DNA of 64,000 nt from Nemertoderma westbladi (GCA_032718475.1 JAUCBJ010000550.1:10511-74510), one strand, 5' to 3'. Positions 1 through 13,081 are shown, counted from the stretch's first letter. The notes: generated from the letters alone by a model not told the origin. A program made the numbers and translations.

Positions 1-3000
1 TGAAAAAAAAAGTTTTGAAAATATTTTTATTGATTTTAAACACGTCCAGACGTCAGTACGTTTTAGAACGATTCCATGCGTTTTAAATAGAATCCATATT
101 TTTTTCTAAAAAAGGTTCTAGAACAAAAAATATTTGTTCTACCGGTAAAACATAATTAAAAAAAAATTAATAGCTAACATATTCTGGAACATTTTCTATA
201 GGCCTACAAACAAATAGTAATAAAAAGTACTGTAGCTAGTTAGCTACTAGGCCTACAAAATATTTATTGAAGGAAGTAGGATGTCGGAACTCGGAACCAG
301 TGTCGAAATTACTAGCTAAACCTACCTAAAACACTAGCAACTAGCTACCATAAAATTGTGTATCTTACCAAGGACAGAGGACTTACCGGTAACTTGACTT
401 AACGAGGATGCTTAAATTACGTCCATTGACCAAATTGCAGCAAATGAAAATTTATAGAACTCTCCCCATATCAAACTGTCAAAATCAAATTGTTGTAAAA
501 AAATCTTGCCCCCAGTCACCGCCCCCAGTTAACTCGATGGCATGCAGGCATGGCCTTGTCTATAGTAAGTAGGCCTACCGCTACCGGTAGGCCTTGCCTT
601 GATATAGACACACGGATGGGACCTCGATCGATCACCACGTGAATTACGTAATACAGTAATAAATAGGCTGATAGGTAGAGACTTAGTACAACCCATCGAG
701 CAGCATGCGAGTAATATCCACAAATGCTGTAATGACTAATATGCAGTAAATATAGATAGATTATATATCAGTATATTATTGACTAAAATGGAATACTACA
801 GTCAGACAGTACTAGGCCTATATAATAATAAACAAAATATACATAGCGGTTCGCTGGCATTTAGTCCTAAATCAAAAATTAAGTCACTCACTGCTGCACT
901 GTCAGACTGGTGGACCCTTCACGCGCAGGCAGGCAGGTGCAGCATGTGCAGTGCAGATGTCTGGATGTGTGTTACATGAAATAACGGGCAGAAGGCAGGA
1001 AGGGTGCAGGAGTCTGGGAGTGAGCCGGACACTTTACCACACTGCCATTTCAGCATTTCAACACAGGCCATTTCGACACAGACTGACAGAAATTCTGTAA
1101 CGAAGTGTCTTGTGTCGGTAGTTCCTGATTTCTGCTACTGTCTGACTGTGTTATACTGTCAGACTGTTACAGTGTTAGGCCTATACTACTGTACTAAGGT
1201 GTCCTGTCAGCCTGTGCTGCCAGGCTGCTGTGTCAGTGTGTTCGGCAGTTTGGCTAGGCTAGACTCAACAGGTCAATTGTCAACTATCACGCTGTCGTTT
1301 GCAATTTGACTGTAGGCAGCGAGAGAGACAGAAACCGGTCCAGTCTGCCAGTCCAGTCCGCCAGTGCAGTGACAGTACTGCAGTACCGGAACTGCAGTAC
1401 GACTGTACGAGTACAGCTGCTGAGCTGCAGTCAGTCCAGTCGTGTGTGTGTAGTCTAGCAGGCTGCGAGTTGAGTGCCTGGTTCTCCTCCAGTCTACCAG
1501 TACTGCAGTAGCAAAAAACTATTAGTTTCTCTCTTTCCGGTTCGATAACCTTATATATCCTTTGTGTAGCAGCGCAGCTACTATATATTATAATGTAGCT
1601 GTACTGCTGTAGTTATAGGGGTGGGGTGGGCGCTTTAGGTCAATGGGTACAAACAAAGGTCAATGGGTACAACGAGTCAAAGGGAACAAAACGTGTCAAA
1701 GGTTACAACATGAAAAGGTACGACGAGACAAAGGGTACAAACCAGGCGGTCAAAGGGTAGTTAGTTTAGTTTATTTATAGACCAGACCAGCACATAATAT
1801 AATTTAAACACACAAATTAAATGTACAATGTTGAACGTTCTAGTCTACGAGTTACTAATATTTCAAATAATATAAATTATACTATTAGAATTTAAACACT
1901 CAAATTAAATGTACAACGTAGTCTACGAGTTACTAATATTTACCGTAATAGTCCCAAGTATTATCAATAATTTGATCAAAATAAATAATACCAATTACAA
2001 CTTACAGGTAATGTCCGAAAAACCTAAAACCTATATTATCGAAAGTGAATATATCATGGTCGAGTATTTTCCATACGGCATTCAAAACAATAAATATAAT
2101 ACTAGTGGTGTCCTAAAAAGAAATAGATAGATAATTAAATAAATATATACAATAATTATTGTTGCTAATAACCGAAAACAATTGTTTGCATGTATTTCAG
2201 TCACACTAAAATAGAGTAAGAATTATATTAAATCTCTCAAGGAAAAGCCTCAGAAAGTTTGTATGCCATTTCTGCACCGTCAACCCACGACAATTTTCCA
2301 AATTCACATATGTCGTCCAAGGGACATTCGCGACGAATAGTGTCTGTCAGCTTACAGGCTGTACAAAAACGTGGTACAACATGTGGTACAAAACAGGACG
2401 TCAAAGGGTACAAACAAAACGAGTCAAAGTGTATAACATCAAAGGGTCCAACGAGTCAAAGTGTATAACATCAAAGGGTTCAACGAGTCAAAGAGTACAA
2501 ACCAGGCGGTTATTTAGTTCGTATATTATTTTGGTTAGGGTTAGTTGGTCAGGCCTCAACCATAACTGATTAAAACTGTCATGTAACCCGAACCCTAAAT
2601 CATAATCTAAGAAATTTAGCGGAATTTCTGACATTATTGACATCTAGGCCCGAAGGGCCGTTAACTTAGGATGATGACTTAGACTTAGGGTTACATGACA
2701 GACAGTTTTAATTAGGGTTGAGGCCGCCACTACAATAACCAGCGAGGTTCATACAGTATAAAAATCCCTGTTGTTCACTTTGTCCTGTTGTAGGCCTACC
2801 CTTTCTATAACATTTGTACCCTTTGACGTGGTTTTTGTACCCTTTGACATGCCTGTTGTTCACTTTGACCTGTTGTATCCCTTTTTCCATTTTTGTACTC
2901 TTTGACTCAATGTACCCGCATGTACCTACAATTGACTCGGAATCGTGGGGTGGGTAGTTTGAGTTAATAATGGCGTTATTTGGGTGGGATGGTGGTCATA

Positions 3001-3748
3001 CAGTACTGTACGTACAGTAGGGCTCCCAAACCACTGCGTTATTTAACGTGTTGCGCTATTTCCAAAAGTTTGCCTTGCGTTATTCGACTATTATTGAGCA
3101 AAACCCATGAAAATTGCGTTAACAAAAAATTATCAGTTTTTGCGTTATATATATGTGAATGAGCCCCTATTGCATTCCCAATACAGTAGGCCTACAGTAA
3201 AGGAATACTGTAGGGTCAATATAATTTATGAAAACAATTACGTTGAAATTACACATGCATACATCTCTAGCAATTCATATTATATTGAACCTTTTAGACC
3301 TTAAATATAGATGCATTAGCAGCTAATTATTCTCCAGTCAGTATAATATTGTGTGATCAATATTTGAGTTATACTGTACAGAAAATTCTAATTGTTCTCC
3401 TCCTGCGAACCTATCTCTGAACTGAACTGAATTCCAGTTCGTTTATTCCAAAAAGCCTGAAAAAGATTATTTTTTTATTACTATTATTAATCAATTAATA
3501 AGTGTACAAAAAAATTACAGCTATGAAATTAATTGTTATTTTTTTCAATTAATTTTTTTAGATTCTATGAAGTGTTTTCGTTGCAATAGCTAGTGTTTCA
3601 TTCCAAAACTTACATATATATAGCTAATTTTACTCGCGATATTTTTACCCGCGATATTTTAATTCTCTATTTTTTATTCTCGATATTTTTACTCTCGAAA
3701 TTTTAAGCCCCCCCCCCCCCCCCCCCCCCCCTTAATATTAATAATATA

Positions 3749-4331
3749 GTAGCACATTTTCTGACCAAAAAGTCGAATTTTTGAAACATATCCTACCTGA
3801 TGCAGAATTTCATGCTGAATCCAAATATGGAAACCGTTTTCCCATATGCTTATCTCTAAGAAAAGAGCTTTAGAATGAGCCTAAAACGGCCTAAAACGGC
3901 CACTAGAACTGGAGATTATACATTTTGAAGATCTCCGATGACCGATAAGTCTATTCCGTGTAATCCCGCAAAGACCGCAGAGTCGCTTATTCGAATCCCG
4001 TCTTCATTCCGGAGACTTGAAGTTGTCTTATAAACTGACAAGTAGGTCCAATAATCATAAAAAAATACCTTCTCAATTAAAATTTTGTGCTCTTTCTCGT
4101 GGAGACAACCAATTGGCACCACTGGGCACAGAAATTTGCAGAAATTGAATGCAAACCCCAAACTTCATCGCCTTTGCCGATATCGCGATATATCGGAGCC
4201 AGTATCTTCTATCCCAGATATCTCGAAAACTAATCTTTCCATATTTGGATTCAGCATGAAATTCTGCATCAGATAGGATATGTTTCAAAAATTCGTCTTT
4301 TTGGTCAGAAAATGCGCTACCCTCCCCTTAA
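3749..4331. mobile_element. MITE with ~85-bp terminal inverted repeats
   Basis: GTAGCACATTTTCTGACCAAAAAG...CCAAATATGGAAA (3749-3833) is the reverse complement of 4236-4320; right end CCCCTTAA. Confidence 0.8.
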
Positions 4332-5037
4332 CTCTCTATAATTTAACTCGCGATATTTTTACTCTCGATATTTTTACTCTCGATATTTTTACTCTCGATA
4401 TTTTTACTCGCGATATTTTTATTCTCGAGATTTATAAACTCGCGATAAAAAATGTAAAAAATTATTTTAAAGAATTAATTTAGTCATATGTTCATTGACT
4501 GGACTGCACAAAATAGTTAAATTAACCGATTAGAAGGTATAACAAACATTTTAAAAATTATTATTATTATTAATAACTATAGACTTCGCGGACAAGTGAG
4601 ATGAGGGCTACAGTAATACCGTACAGATACTCTTGGTAGATATTTTCCCACGAAATAAATATGGTTAATTTTATATTGTATCAATTCATTTTATTATTAT
4701 TATTATTTAACATAATTAATTATATAATTATACATTAATTTATAATAAATTACAAACATATAATACTGATATATAGATATATAAATAAAACTGTATACTA
4801 TTGATATACAGTAACAGTACCGGTAATATATAAAACACACAAAGGTACCGGTATCTGCAACATGAAATAATTATTATTCCCTCATAATTATAGTATTGCT
4901 ACATATTGGAAAGTAGAAATGGACGAATATAATTTAACTATAAAAATTCTATAACGAAATCAAATTTCTGCTATCCAAAAGAGCCATGCATGTCAGTAAT
5001 CAGCTGACGACATTTACTGTACATTTACTGTTTACTA

Positions 5038-5255
5038 TAGCTGGGCGCGGGTGTTCCGACCAGAAGGCCGTGAGTTCGAACCCCAGAGCAATCCAGTATT
5101 ATTTAAGCTGAGTCAGTACCCCAGTGGAGTACAAGGACAGTCTAATCTGATATAACACCGGTAGTGTAGCGGCCGTCTGACTGTCAAAGTGAAAGTATCT
5201 TGCCAGTATACATACCGCGCTCATAGGTTGAGCTACTTCCCTGTGCTATGGATAT
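5038..5255 (+). mobile_element. Probable degenerate tRNA-derived SINE
   Basis: B-box-like GAGTTCGAACCCC followed by a SINE-like body; no full cloverleaf. Confidence 0.4.
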
Positions 5256-5904
5256 GTACCAAGGACTACCGGTACTCTACTTAGAGTACCGATAGTCCTT
5301 GGTAGGCGCAGTAGGCCTATATTATAACTAGAAAGGATTGAATAGCAATAGAGAGGGAATGAGAGTTTTCGAACTTGGAATTAATAGTGTCGAGTGTCGA
5401 CTCAACCTTCAATAACAGATAGAGATCAAGAGAGTTGTATCCGGGTTTACTTTACAAGTTGTACACAAAACAAATACCAATTTTTCTTGAATTTAATAAA
5501 TTTGTTATCCTCACCTGACGTGGTTCCTGAGAAATCCCCATTCTGAGGGAAGCAAATACAGCATAGCAGTACGTCAGCTGATCACTGATTGAATACAAAC
5601 TTATCGTACCAAAGCGCTTCTACACTACTACTAATTTCCAGATACATTATACAACAAACTACTAACTACATACACTATGGACCATGTATATTATATATAC
5701 AGTAACCCAATTAGACTGAACTACTAATTCTAGAGCTATTAATAGCTACTGTACCTATGTAGGCCTATATTATATTAGCGATAGGCCTACCTCTTCGAGT
5801 GTAAATAAAACGCACGATTAATCGCCATCTCAGGCTAAAATTAGCAAAAATATTGCATCTGGAATATTATGGTGACGATTATCATTTATTGTTAAAATTT
5901 AAAA

Positions 5905-6638
5905 GTTTTAAAGTACTGTAGGCCTATTATTGGCACAATTCCGACATAAAATTGTTTTAAAGTATTATTGGCACAATTCCGAAAATTCAACATTTTAAAG
6001 TTAAAATCATTTTAAAGCATCATTGGCACAATTCCTAAATATAACATTTTAAAGTTAAAATCGTTTTAAAGTATTATTGGCACAATTCCGAAATTTAACA
6101 TTTTAAAGTTAAAATCGTTTAAAGTATTATTGGCACAATTACTACAAAATCGTTTTAAAGTATTATTGTCAAAATTCCGACATTTAACATTTTAAAGTTA
6201 AAATCGTTTAAGGTATTATTTGCACAATTCCGACAAAATCGTTTTAAAGTGTTATTGGCACAATTCCGAAATTTAACATTTTAAAGTTAAATCGTTTAAA
6301 GTATTATTGGCACAATTACTACAAAATCGTTTTAAAGTATCATTGGCACAATTCCTAAATTTAACATTTTAAAGTTAAAATCGTTTTAAAGTACCATTAG
6401 CACAATTCGTAAATTTAACATTTTAATGTTAAAATCGTTTTAAAGTATCATTGGCACAATTCCTAAATTTAACATTTTAATGTTAAAATCGTTTTAAAGT
6501 ACCATTAGCACAATTCCTAAATTTAACATTTTAATGTTAAAATCGTTTTAAAGTATCATTGGCACAATTCCTAAATTTAACATTTTAAAGTTAAAATCGT
6601 TTTCAAGTATTATTGGTACAATTCCGAAATTTAACATT
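5905..6638. repeat. AT-rich ~54-bp minisatellite downstream of ITPR
   Basis: AAATCGTTTTAAAGTATCATTGGCACAATTCCTAAATTTAACATTTTAAAGTTA, with some shorter deletion units. Confidence 0.9.
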
Positions 6639-6846
6639 TCTAGCTTATCAGTTAAATCATATGCTCAGCTGTCTGTTTTGAACTGGCTTGTGTAATAATG
6701 GGGTCCCAAACTGTAGTACAGTAGGCCTACAGATAACACCGAAAAACATTTAACTGATTTTTTTATGATAATGCTGAAAAAAGTAAATCCTCTCACTGAA
6801 CTCAGATACATATTTCGATTCGACAATCGTTTTAATGTGAAATATT

Positions 6847-6852
6847 TTTATT
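6847..6852 (-). terminator. Candidate ITPR polyadenylation signal AATAAA
   Basis: AATAAA on the minus strand ~270 nt past the stop codon; the AT-rich context makes this weak evidence. Confidence 0.35.
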
Positions 6853-7123
6853 TCAAATTCACTGTTTACAATATCTGGTCATTTTCCATTCTGATAACTG
6901 TAATGGTACGTCACTGACAATTTGCTAAATTACAACATTTTCTGATAAATGAAATTGTTCATAATATACATTACACTGACTAACAATATCTAAACCACAA
7001 AGTACCTCCATTCGCATTCGTAACTGAACCAAAACATTTAGACCAAATCATTTGGAATTCCTCAGGATGGACACCTGTGTATTAACCAATTATTCATTCA
7101 ATCCAATATATTTTCAAGCAAAT

Positions 7124-10100
7124 TTAATTATCTTGCTGCAGTGATAATAAATTGACCCTCTGTTTGACCTTTTTCTGATCGGCGATCTGATCTCTGAGTT
7201 CCAACAACTGGCCACTGAGTGCAGCTACGCGTTCTGTTGTGGCCGCCAGCTGAACTTGCAAAGACCTTAACTCTGATTCCTGACTGTCGCCATCGTCTGC
7301 AGCCAATGACAGGGCGCGCATTCTCGGGAACCAATCATGATTACGACTCTCCACCAATCCGTGGACATACCATTCGGGCCCTGTAAACTCAGTAGGATCT
7401 TTCACTCTAACGAGCACTATAAAATAAAGGTAACTCCACATGTTGTGTTCTAAATTAATATGTTCTTCAAACGACACTGTTCTATTATCAAAAGCGCTTC
7501 TATCAAGCGAGCAGATGAAACATGTATTTTTCAGGATTTCGTCGCGTTGCTGTTTATCACCTCGGAGATCGGCAAAAGTGTCGATGATGACTCCGAAAAT
7601 AAGGTTAAGAGTGATGATGATGACGATGAAAAAGAACAGCAAATCGTATATGACACGAACGATAAAGAGGGGTTCAGAAGAAGATGGGTGTCTAAGAACA
7701 TCACCAATGCCTCCGCCATTGCGTAAGCCTTGATTTAAAGTGGTAATGATACACATTATTAGAGTGTCGCAAGCGAGTTCTTTAAGATCATCATCATCTT
7801 GGATGACGTTTGTACCATTAATGATTTCAGTGACAAAACTGTATCCATCGTGATGTACACCATCATCATCGGGATCGCACTTGTCATCTAGACAAGCGCC
7901 GGCCTCCTGAGGAACTGGATCAACTTCAACCATAAAGTCTTCTCTAAAAAGGAGGTAGCCTACAATAGAAAATAGATAGACAAGAATGACAGCCAGAACA
8001 GCGGTGAGGACAATAGAGCGACCATTGCGAGTAACAGAACGAATTACGTTGAAAAGAGTTTCTTCTCTGTATACAACGTCAAATAGTAGGATACTGTAAA
8101 CAAAAGGATGTACATAGATTCCCAGAACAATGATCACAGTATAGCCAATATGGTAAAGGAATTCACCATCTGAAATGACTTTGGATATACCTTTGCTAAT
8201 TGTACCTCTGTTTCCCAAATAACTAATAATGAAAATTATTTTATTCATGACATTAATTACACCAAGTGTGAACAAAACTGGTACAATTCCTAAGGAATAA
8301 ATTAAAGTGAATATCAGTGACAACACAAAAGATCTAAGACCAGTTATTCGAGGTATAAAGATCAATGTTAGAGTAGATAGAAATAGAGCAGTCCAAATAA
8401 GTATCAAAATTCGCTTGTCTAAATCGTAATCGGTGGCCTCAAATGGATAGAATAGGGCCACAATAAGGTTACTGATAACAGCCAAATTAAATGCAATGCT
8501 CCCCCATAAACTCATCCTTTGGCTTAAGAAGAACAAGACGGAATGCTCTCTGAGTCGACATTGCCATTTCATTTCCCAAAACATATCATCACAGTGCTGA
8601 TAGAAAGCCGGCACCTTGCTGCCCTGATCGTCACGCTCTGTCGTTAAGTAGGCCTGGTTTTTGGTCTCATCTGTGAGGAACTGACAGACCCGGGGAATGG
8701 GAAACACGATCTGTTCCAAAGAGTGGCCAGCTCGCACTACTTCAATCTGGGCTGTTCTTTTCGCATAGTAGCTAAGAGCTTCGTCTGATGTGTTTTCAAG
8801 TTTGCCATCAGTTTTCAATTCAGTCATCAACTCCTTGTTGTGTTGAGCTAATTGGTGGGCTAATATATATACATTGTGGCCGACAGATTGGGACGATGAT
8901 TCTTTGCCACTGATTATATCGTCTGATGATATTTCTGACTCCATTGAACTGCATCTTTCTAAACTATATGCAGTTTTTATAACATCTATAAGGTCTTTTG
9001 TACTCATATTGTAGAGAATACGTTCGGCAGTCTCGGAGTCATTTCTGCTTTCCATAATAGCTAGTAAGAGTTTTGAAGCATTGTCTTTGACATCCAACAC
9101 CAAATCCATGTGCTTAAATCCCAGTGGGTTAATGTCATTTATAACCAAAGCAATAATTATATCGATGCCATTACTTTCATGTGTTGTTATGGCAGTTTGA
9201 TTGTCATGGCAAGGTCCTTGGCAATATTCTGTTAGGGTCTGCAATGTTTGATTGACTAAATGGACATTGTATTCGTTGATGTAAAGGCCCAGTAATCCGA
9301 GACCCCCAGTCGTGCTGCCACAAATGCAATCCAAAAACTGAAGGCATCCGCAAACCATGTTAAAGTTGGTGCGACTTTCTTGGGATCGCAGGTAATTCTG
9401 CAATTTAATGTTATGGTTTTCGCATAAAAGTTGAAGGAATCTCAGAATTGGTTGCATCACTTGTACAGGAGAACTCAAGGTTTTTCTTGGTTCCGATTTG
9501 TTGGTTTCCACATCTAGAATCGATTGAGATTGAGCTGATATACCCAATATAGCTTTTGTTGAACTATAATTATCACCTGCGGACTTATTAAGATTAGATG
9601 TAAATGTACCTGGCCTTTTTAAAGATTGTTTTCTTGGCTGCTCATCCTCTGTCACCGTATGAATGGACACTCCAGCCTTGATTTCAGCCATAGCCTCATT
9701 AATTTTGTCATAAAATACCGCAAAGAACTTCTCAGCTTTGTTTTCACTACAAAGTAATTCGAAGAAAGACTGCTGAATTATTCCATTTCCTCCTTCGAGT
9801 AAAGCGATGCCTAACTCTACTGTACCTATAAAGATAGCAATATCTGTGGTGTGGATCACTAAGTTTACTATAAGACGACTAGCTCCTTGACTATCAAGGT
9901 TACGCTGAATTTGACTCAGTGATAGATCAGATCGCCCTTTAGCCGGTAATACCTTAAATTCACCATTTACTTCGTGTACATTCAATGTTCCAAAATACCA
10001 CTTAAGTAATGAGAACCGAAGCTGTTTGCTTTTCAAGTTGAACTCAACATCCTCAATTGAAACACCTGGAATTAACATTTCTTTTAGTATTTTAAGAACC

Positions 10101-11791
10101 TTTATACAAAGTTTATCCTCATTTTGCTCTTCGAGATGATCTGTGTGTTTGATGAATGTAGCTATGAACCCACCAGATTCACAGTGTAGGTATGGCTCTG
10201 TGTCTTTAGGGAAAAGAAAGGATGGATTGTGCAGGACATCAACCAGCACTGAGAGTTCGGCTTGAATGAACATCTTGAGGCGATTATCAAGACTTTTTAC
10301 AACATTGAGCAGGCCTCCAACAATATTGCGATAATCTCTCGACATTCCGACCAAAGAGTCTCGATCAAGAGTACGGCTGCGGAAAGGTTTCAAGAACCCC
10401 CACTTACTGGAATACATATTGGAATGGAATTCGACATCTTTGGGGATTGGTAATTCCTGTACGTGGCAAATATTGATGAGAACTTTAACGCAAGACTCAA
10501 CAGCAAACCGTTGATTCCCTGTTAACCAGGAATAAGAAGCAATAGTGCTCATTGATTCAACTAGTTTTTGTATTGCCGTTTTTCTTAATTGAACGGCAGA
10601 AGTTTGATCGAAATAGGGACTCTTGAAAAAGGCGTTTACAACATTAGCTATTGTATCCGTAACATAATGTTCTAGTTTGACGTCAATATGACAGCGATCG
10701 GAACCGGGCGAGCTAATTCGTCTGATATCCAGGAGGAAGTTGTCAAAAAGTTGCCACATATGGTTGGAGATATATATTTCCTTCATTTCAACTTCTGTAT
10801 CGATGTAGCAGTGGTTGAGAAAATTTATGTATGAATCCTTCACCTCTGGAAGGCAGTCTGGATGAACAACAACAGCTGTTATTGTGTCAAGTGGTAGGAG
10901 AGAGTGGCATTTAATTTCTGTGAAGACATTCTTACCTTCCGTGCATACTGCCAACAAACGCACAAGGTGGATATGGAAGAGTAGAGGCGATGTTGGATTG
11001 GTTGTATCTCGGAACGACCGCATCATAGCAACCAAAGTATCCAATGCCTGCACATCGTTATAGAAGAGAAGCACTTCATCACCCGAGTTGCTAAGTTCAG
11101 CCATCAACATATCTTGCGTCTTTCTAATGAATCGACCGTCACATTTCACTATTGTTTGCAAAAACTTAATGTACGTAATATTTCTGCCATAAACTTCAAT
11201 GCAACGTACAATATGCTGCACAATTCGCTCACCAACACTGTTACACAACTCAAAATTGTTAAAAAATATTAGTCGACACGTTTCTGTTTCCAAGAGAGAA
11301 AGAAAACTTCGGTCACCATGCTGGCAAAACATAATCCTATCTAGATAGCGAAATAGTAACGACTGGTTGTTGGAGTTGTTCAGACAAAGATTTTGCAGGA
11401 AACTGTGGCATAAACGTTTGATCTCGTTCATCCGTAGATCGAAAGGATCGCAACTCATGTCGAGCAGCTCGAGAACAACCGAATGAGCGCCCATATTCTT
11501 GAGTAGCTGTTGTTCGTGTCTCCTGCTGCGTCTACCGGTAGGCCCATAATCGACACACAGTTTTATCAACCTGATTAAAATGTTCTGCAGTCGAACGTAG
11601 TTCTGTAAGGAACTCGATTCTATTCGAGGTCCGTGTTGTAAGTCTAGAGGAGCTCCTTCTTTGCCGAGTTTCTGGATTACATTCTGGCCTGTCTCGTTGT
11701 CCTTCCGTTTACTAATTTTCTCCCCTTTCGCTGGTCTATAGATCCACAACTCCGATTTCTCCTCTAGTAGACGAATTTCATCCAGATCTCT
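7124..11791 (-). CDS. ITPR: ITPR exon 20: giant terminal coding exon (ARM2/ARM3, 6-TM channel, pore, C-tail)
   Basis: cag|RDLDEIRLLEEKSELW continues into the supplied 1541-aa ORF; RFLQLLCENHN, LTEYCQGPCHDNQ, GLRNGGGIGDVLR, LNLIFGVIIDTFADLR, TCFICSL, EHNMW, coiled-coil tail. Confidence 0.97.
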   Translation of the reverse strand, partial: RDLDEIRLLEEKSELWIYRPAKGEKISKRKDNETGQNVIQKLGKEGAPLDLQHGPRIESSSLQNYVRLQNILIRLIKLCVDYGPTGRRSRRHEQQLLKNMGAHSVVLELLDMSCDPFDLRMNEIKRLCHSFLQNLCLNNSNNQSLLFRYLDRIMFCQHGDRSFLSLLETETCRLIFFNNFELCNSVGERIVQHIVRCIEVYGRNITYIKFLQTIVKCDGRFIRKTQDMLMAELSNSGDEVLLFYNDVQALDTLVAMMRSFRDTTNPTSPLLFHIHLVRLLAVCTEGKNVFTEIKCHSLLPLDTITAVVVHPDCLPEVKDSYINFLNHCYIDTEVEMKEIYISNHMWQLFDNFLLDIRRISSPGSDRCHIDVKLEHYVTDTIANVVNAFFKSPYFDQTSAVQLRKTAIQKLVESMSTIASYSWLTGNQRFAVESCVKVLINICHVQELPIPKDVEFHSNMYSSKWGFLKPFRSRTLDRDSLVGMSRDYRNIVGGLLNVVKSLDNRLKMFIQAELSVLVDVLHNPSFLFPKDTEPYLHCESGGFIATFIKHTDHLEEQNEDKLCIKVLKILKEMLIPGVSIEDVEFNLKSKQLRFSLLKWYFGTLNVHEVNGEFKVLPAKGRSDLSLSQIQRNLDSQGASRLIVNLVIHTTDIAIFIGTVELGIALLEGGNGIIQQSFFELLCSENKAEKFFAVFYDKINEAMAEIKAGVSIHTVTEDEQPRKQSLKRPGTFTSNLNKSAGDNYSSTKAILGISAQSQSILDVETNKSEPRKTLSSPVQVMQPILRFLQLLCENHNIKLQNYLRSQESRTNFNMVCGCLQFLDCICGSTTGGLGLLGLYINEYNVHLVNQTLQTLTEYCQGPCHDNQTAITTHESNGIDIIIALVINDINPLGFKHMDLVLDVKDNASKLLLAIMESRNDSETAERILYNMSTKDLIDVIKTAYSLERCSSMESEISSDDIISGKESSSQSVGHNVYILAHQLAQHNKELMTELKTDGKLENTSDEALSYYAKRTAQIEVVRAGHSLEQIVFPIPRVCQFLTDETKNQAYLTTERDDQGSKVPAFYQHCDDMFWEMKWQCRLREHSVLFFLSQRMSLWGSIAFNLAVISNLIVALFYPFEATDYDLDKRILILIWTALFLSTLTLIFIPRITGLRSFVLSLIFTLIYSLGIVPVLFTLGVINVMNKIIFIISYLGNRGTISKGISKVISDGEFLYHIGYTVIIVLGIYVHPFVYSILLFDVVYREETLFNVIRSVTRNGRSIVLTAVLAVILVYLFSIVGYLLFREDFMVEVDPVPQEAGACLDDKCDPDDDGVHHDGYSFVTEIINGTNVIQDDDDLKELACDTLIMCIITTLNQGLRNGGGIGDVLRHPSSSEPLFIVRVIYDLLFFFIVIIITLNLIFGVIIDTFADLRGDKQQRDEILKNTCFICSLDRSAFDNRTVSFEEHINLEHNMWSYLYFIVLVRVKDPTEFTGPEWYVHGLVESRNHDWFPRMRALSLAADDGDSQESELRSLQVQLAATTERVAALSGQLLELRDQIADQKKVKQRVNLLSLQQDN

Positions 11792-12334
11792 CTGTGGTAT
11801 AATAACAAAGAAATTTAATTACTATTATCAAAAAAAGCAAAAGCTATATATTAATAATAATAATATAACTATATGATAATGTTATATTATATTAATAATG
11901 AATTTAATTACACGACATTACTAAAGAACAACGGATATATGAAACTGGCACAAGCGGATTTAACTATTTGAAAAACTACAACAATTATTTCTTGCCATTT
12001 ATAATAATCACAAAAAAATAACTTAAATAAAGAGCGTTTGTTTAAAAATGTTTCCATTTTTTTATTAACACTAGTACCTTACTGTATTTCATGTACAAGA
12101 AGCTACTTATTCAAGATGATACAAATTAAATGTTATTATATCTTGCCTGAACTGAACATAAATATCAACAAAATTATTTAGAAGTGAAAATCTCCCAAAT
12201 CTACTAATTATTATGATCCAAAGTAGAATGATAGTATAATAATTCAGGTACTGTAATTTTATATCTATTTAGATGGATATTAACAATTATTATAATTATA
12301 CGACTAACGGTCAATATATTTCAAAATAACTCAC

Positions 12335-12517
12335 CTTAATTTGTCTATAATTTTCCACATCCTCATTGGATATCAGCAATTGTATTTGTTTGAACGACAT
12401 CATCATCTCTTTACGTTGAGAGAAATGGCGGAAAAGAAGATGCAGAGCGCTGCTTGTTAGGGGGGCGTAGTCGTGCATGGTTAGAGACAGTAGAACGCGT
12501 AGAACGCGGCACCCACC
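12335..12517 (-). CDS. ITPR: ITPR exon 19
   Basis: [37 protein letters not shown]...VENYRQIK|gtgagt. Confidence 0.93.
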
Positions 12518-13081
12518 CTAGAATTATAATAATAATAATTCCATAATATATAGGTAATAATCAATTTGTAATAAATCTATTAATTTTAATTAATTAAATT
12601 AATAAATTTTCGCGATAATACAAAAAAGTGCAGGAGAACTTTTCAACATCTTCAAAAACCTTTCAAACGGGGATTTCGGGGTCGGAGATTTCAGTTCCGA
12701 TGTCAGTTTTTATATTTGATTGAAATATAACATAACTATAACATAGCTTACTGTTATACTAATATCCATAGAACCCTTACTGCACATACACCAAAGTGTT
12801 ACGCAGGGTTCATGACGTAAGACAATGGTCACTTAACATATGAGGCGTTGTACGATTGTTATTATCAATACCCAGCAACGCCCTGCAGGAACTACAAAAA
12901 GGACTTGCAGTGTACCTGCTACTACCGCCTGTGCGTGTGCATAAACTTGTTCTATGGCAGGCAACTGGCGATTGGAAATATGGTTGATAATGTAGATTAA
13001 TTGGGTGGGTTACATGGTTGATTACAAACTATATTGTGCGAAGTGGCAGTGACGGCTGGCGTGTCAATGTAAATGGATTAC

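Noticed and set aside
7440-7733. Short antisense and alternative-frame ORFs within ITPR, otopetrin and MTMR exons
   Set aside because: Shadow ORFs of genuine coding sequence.
7124-11749. Stand-alone intronless or truncated ITPR retrogene
   Set aside because: The ORF has no ATG start here, is preceded by an acceptor at 11792-11793 and joins 19 upstream exons in frame.
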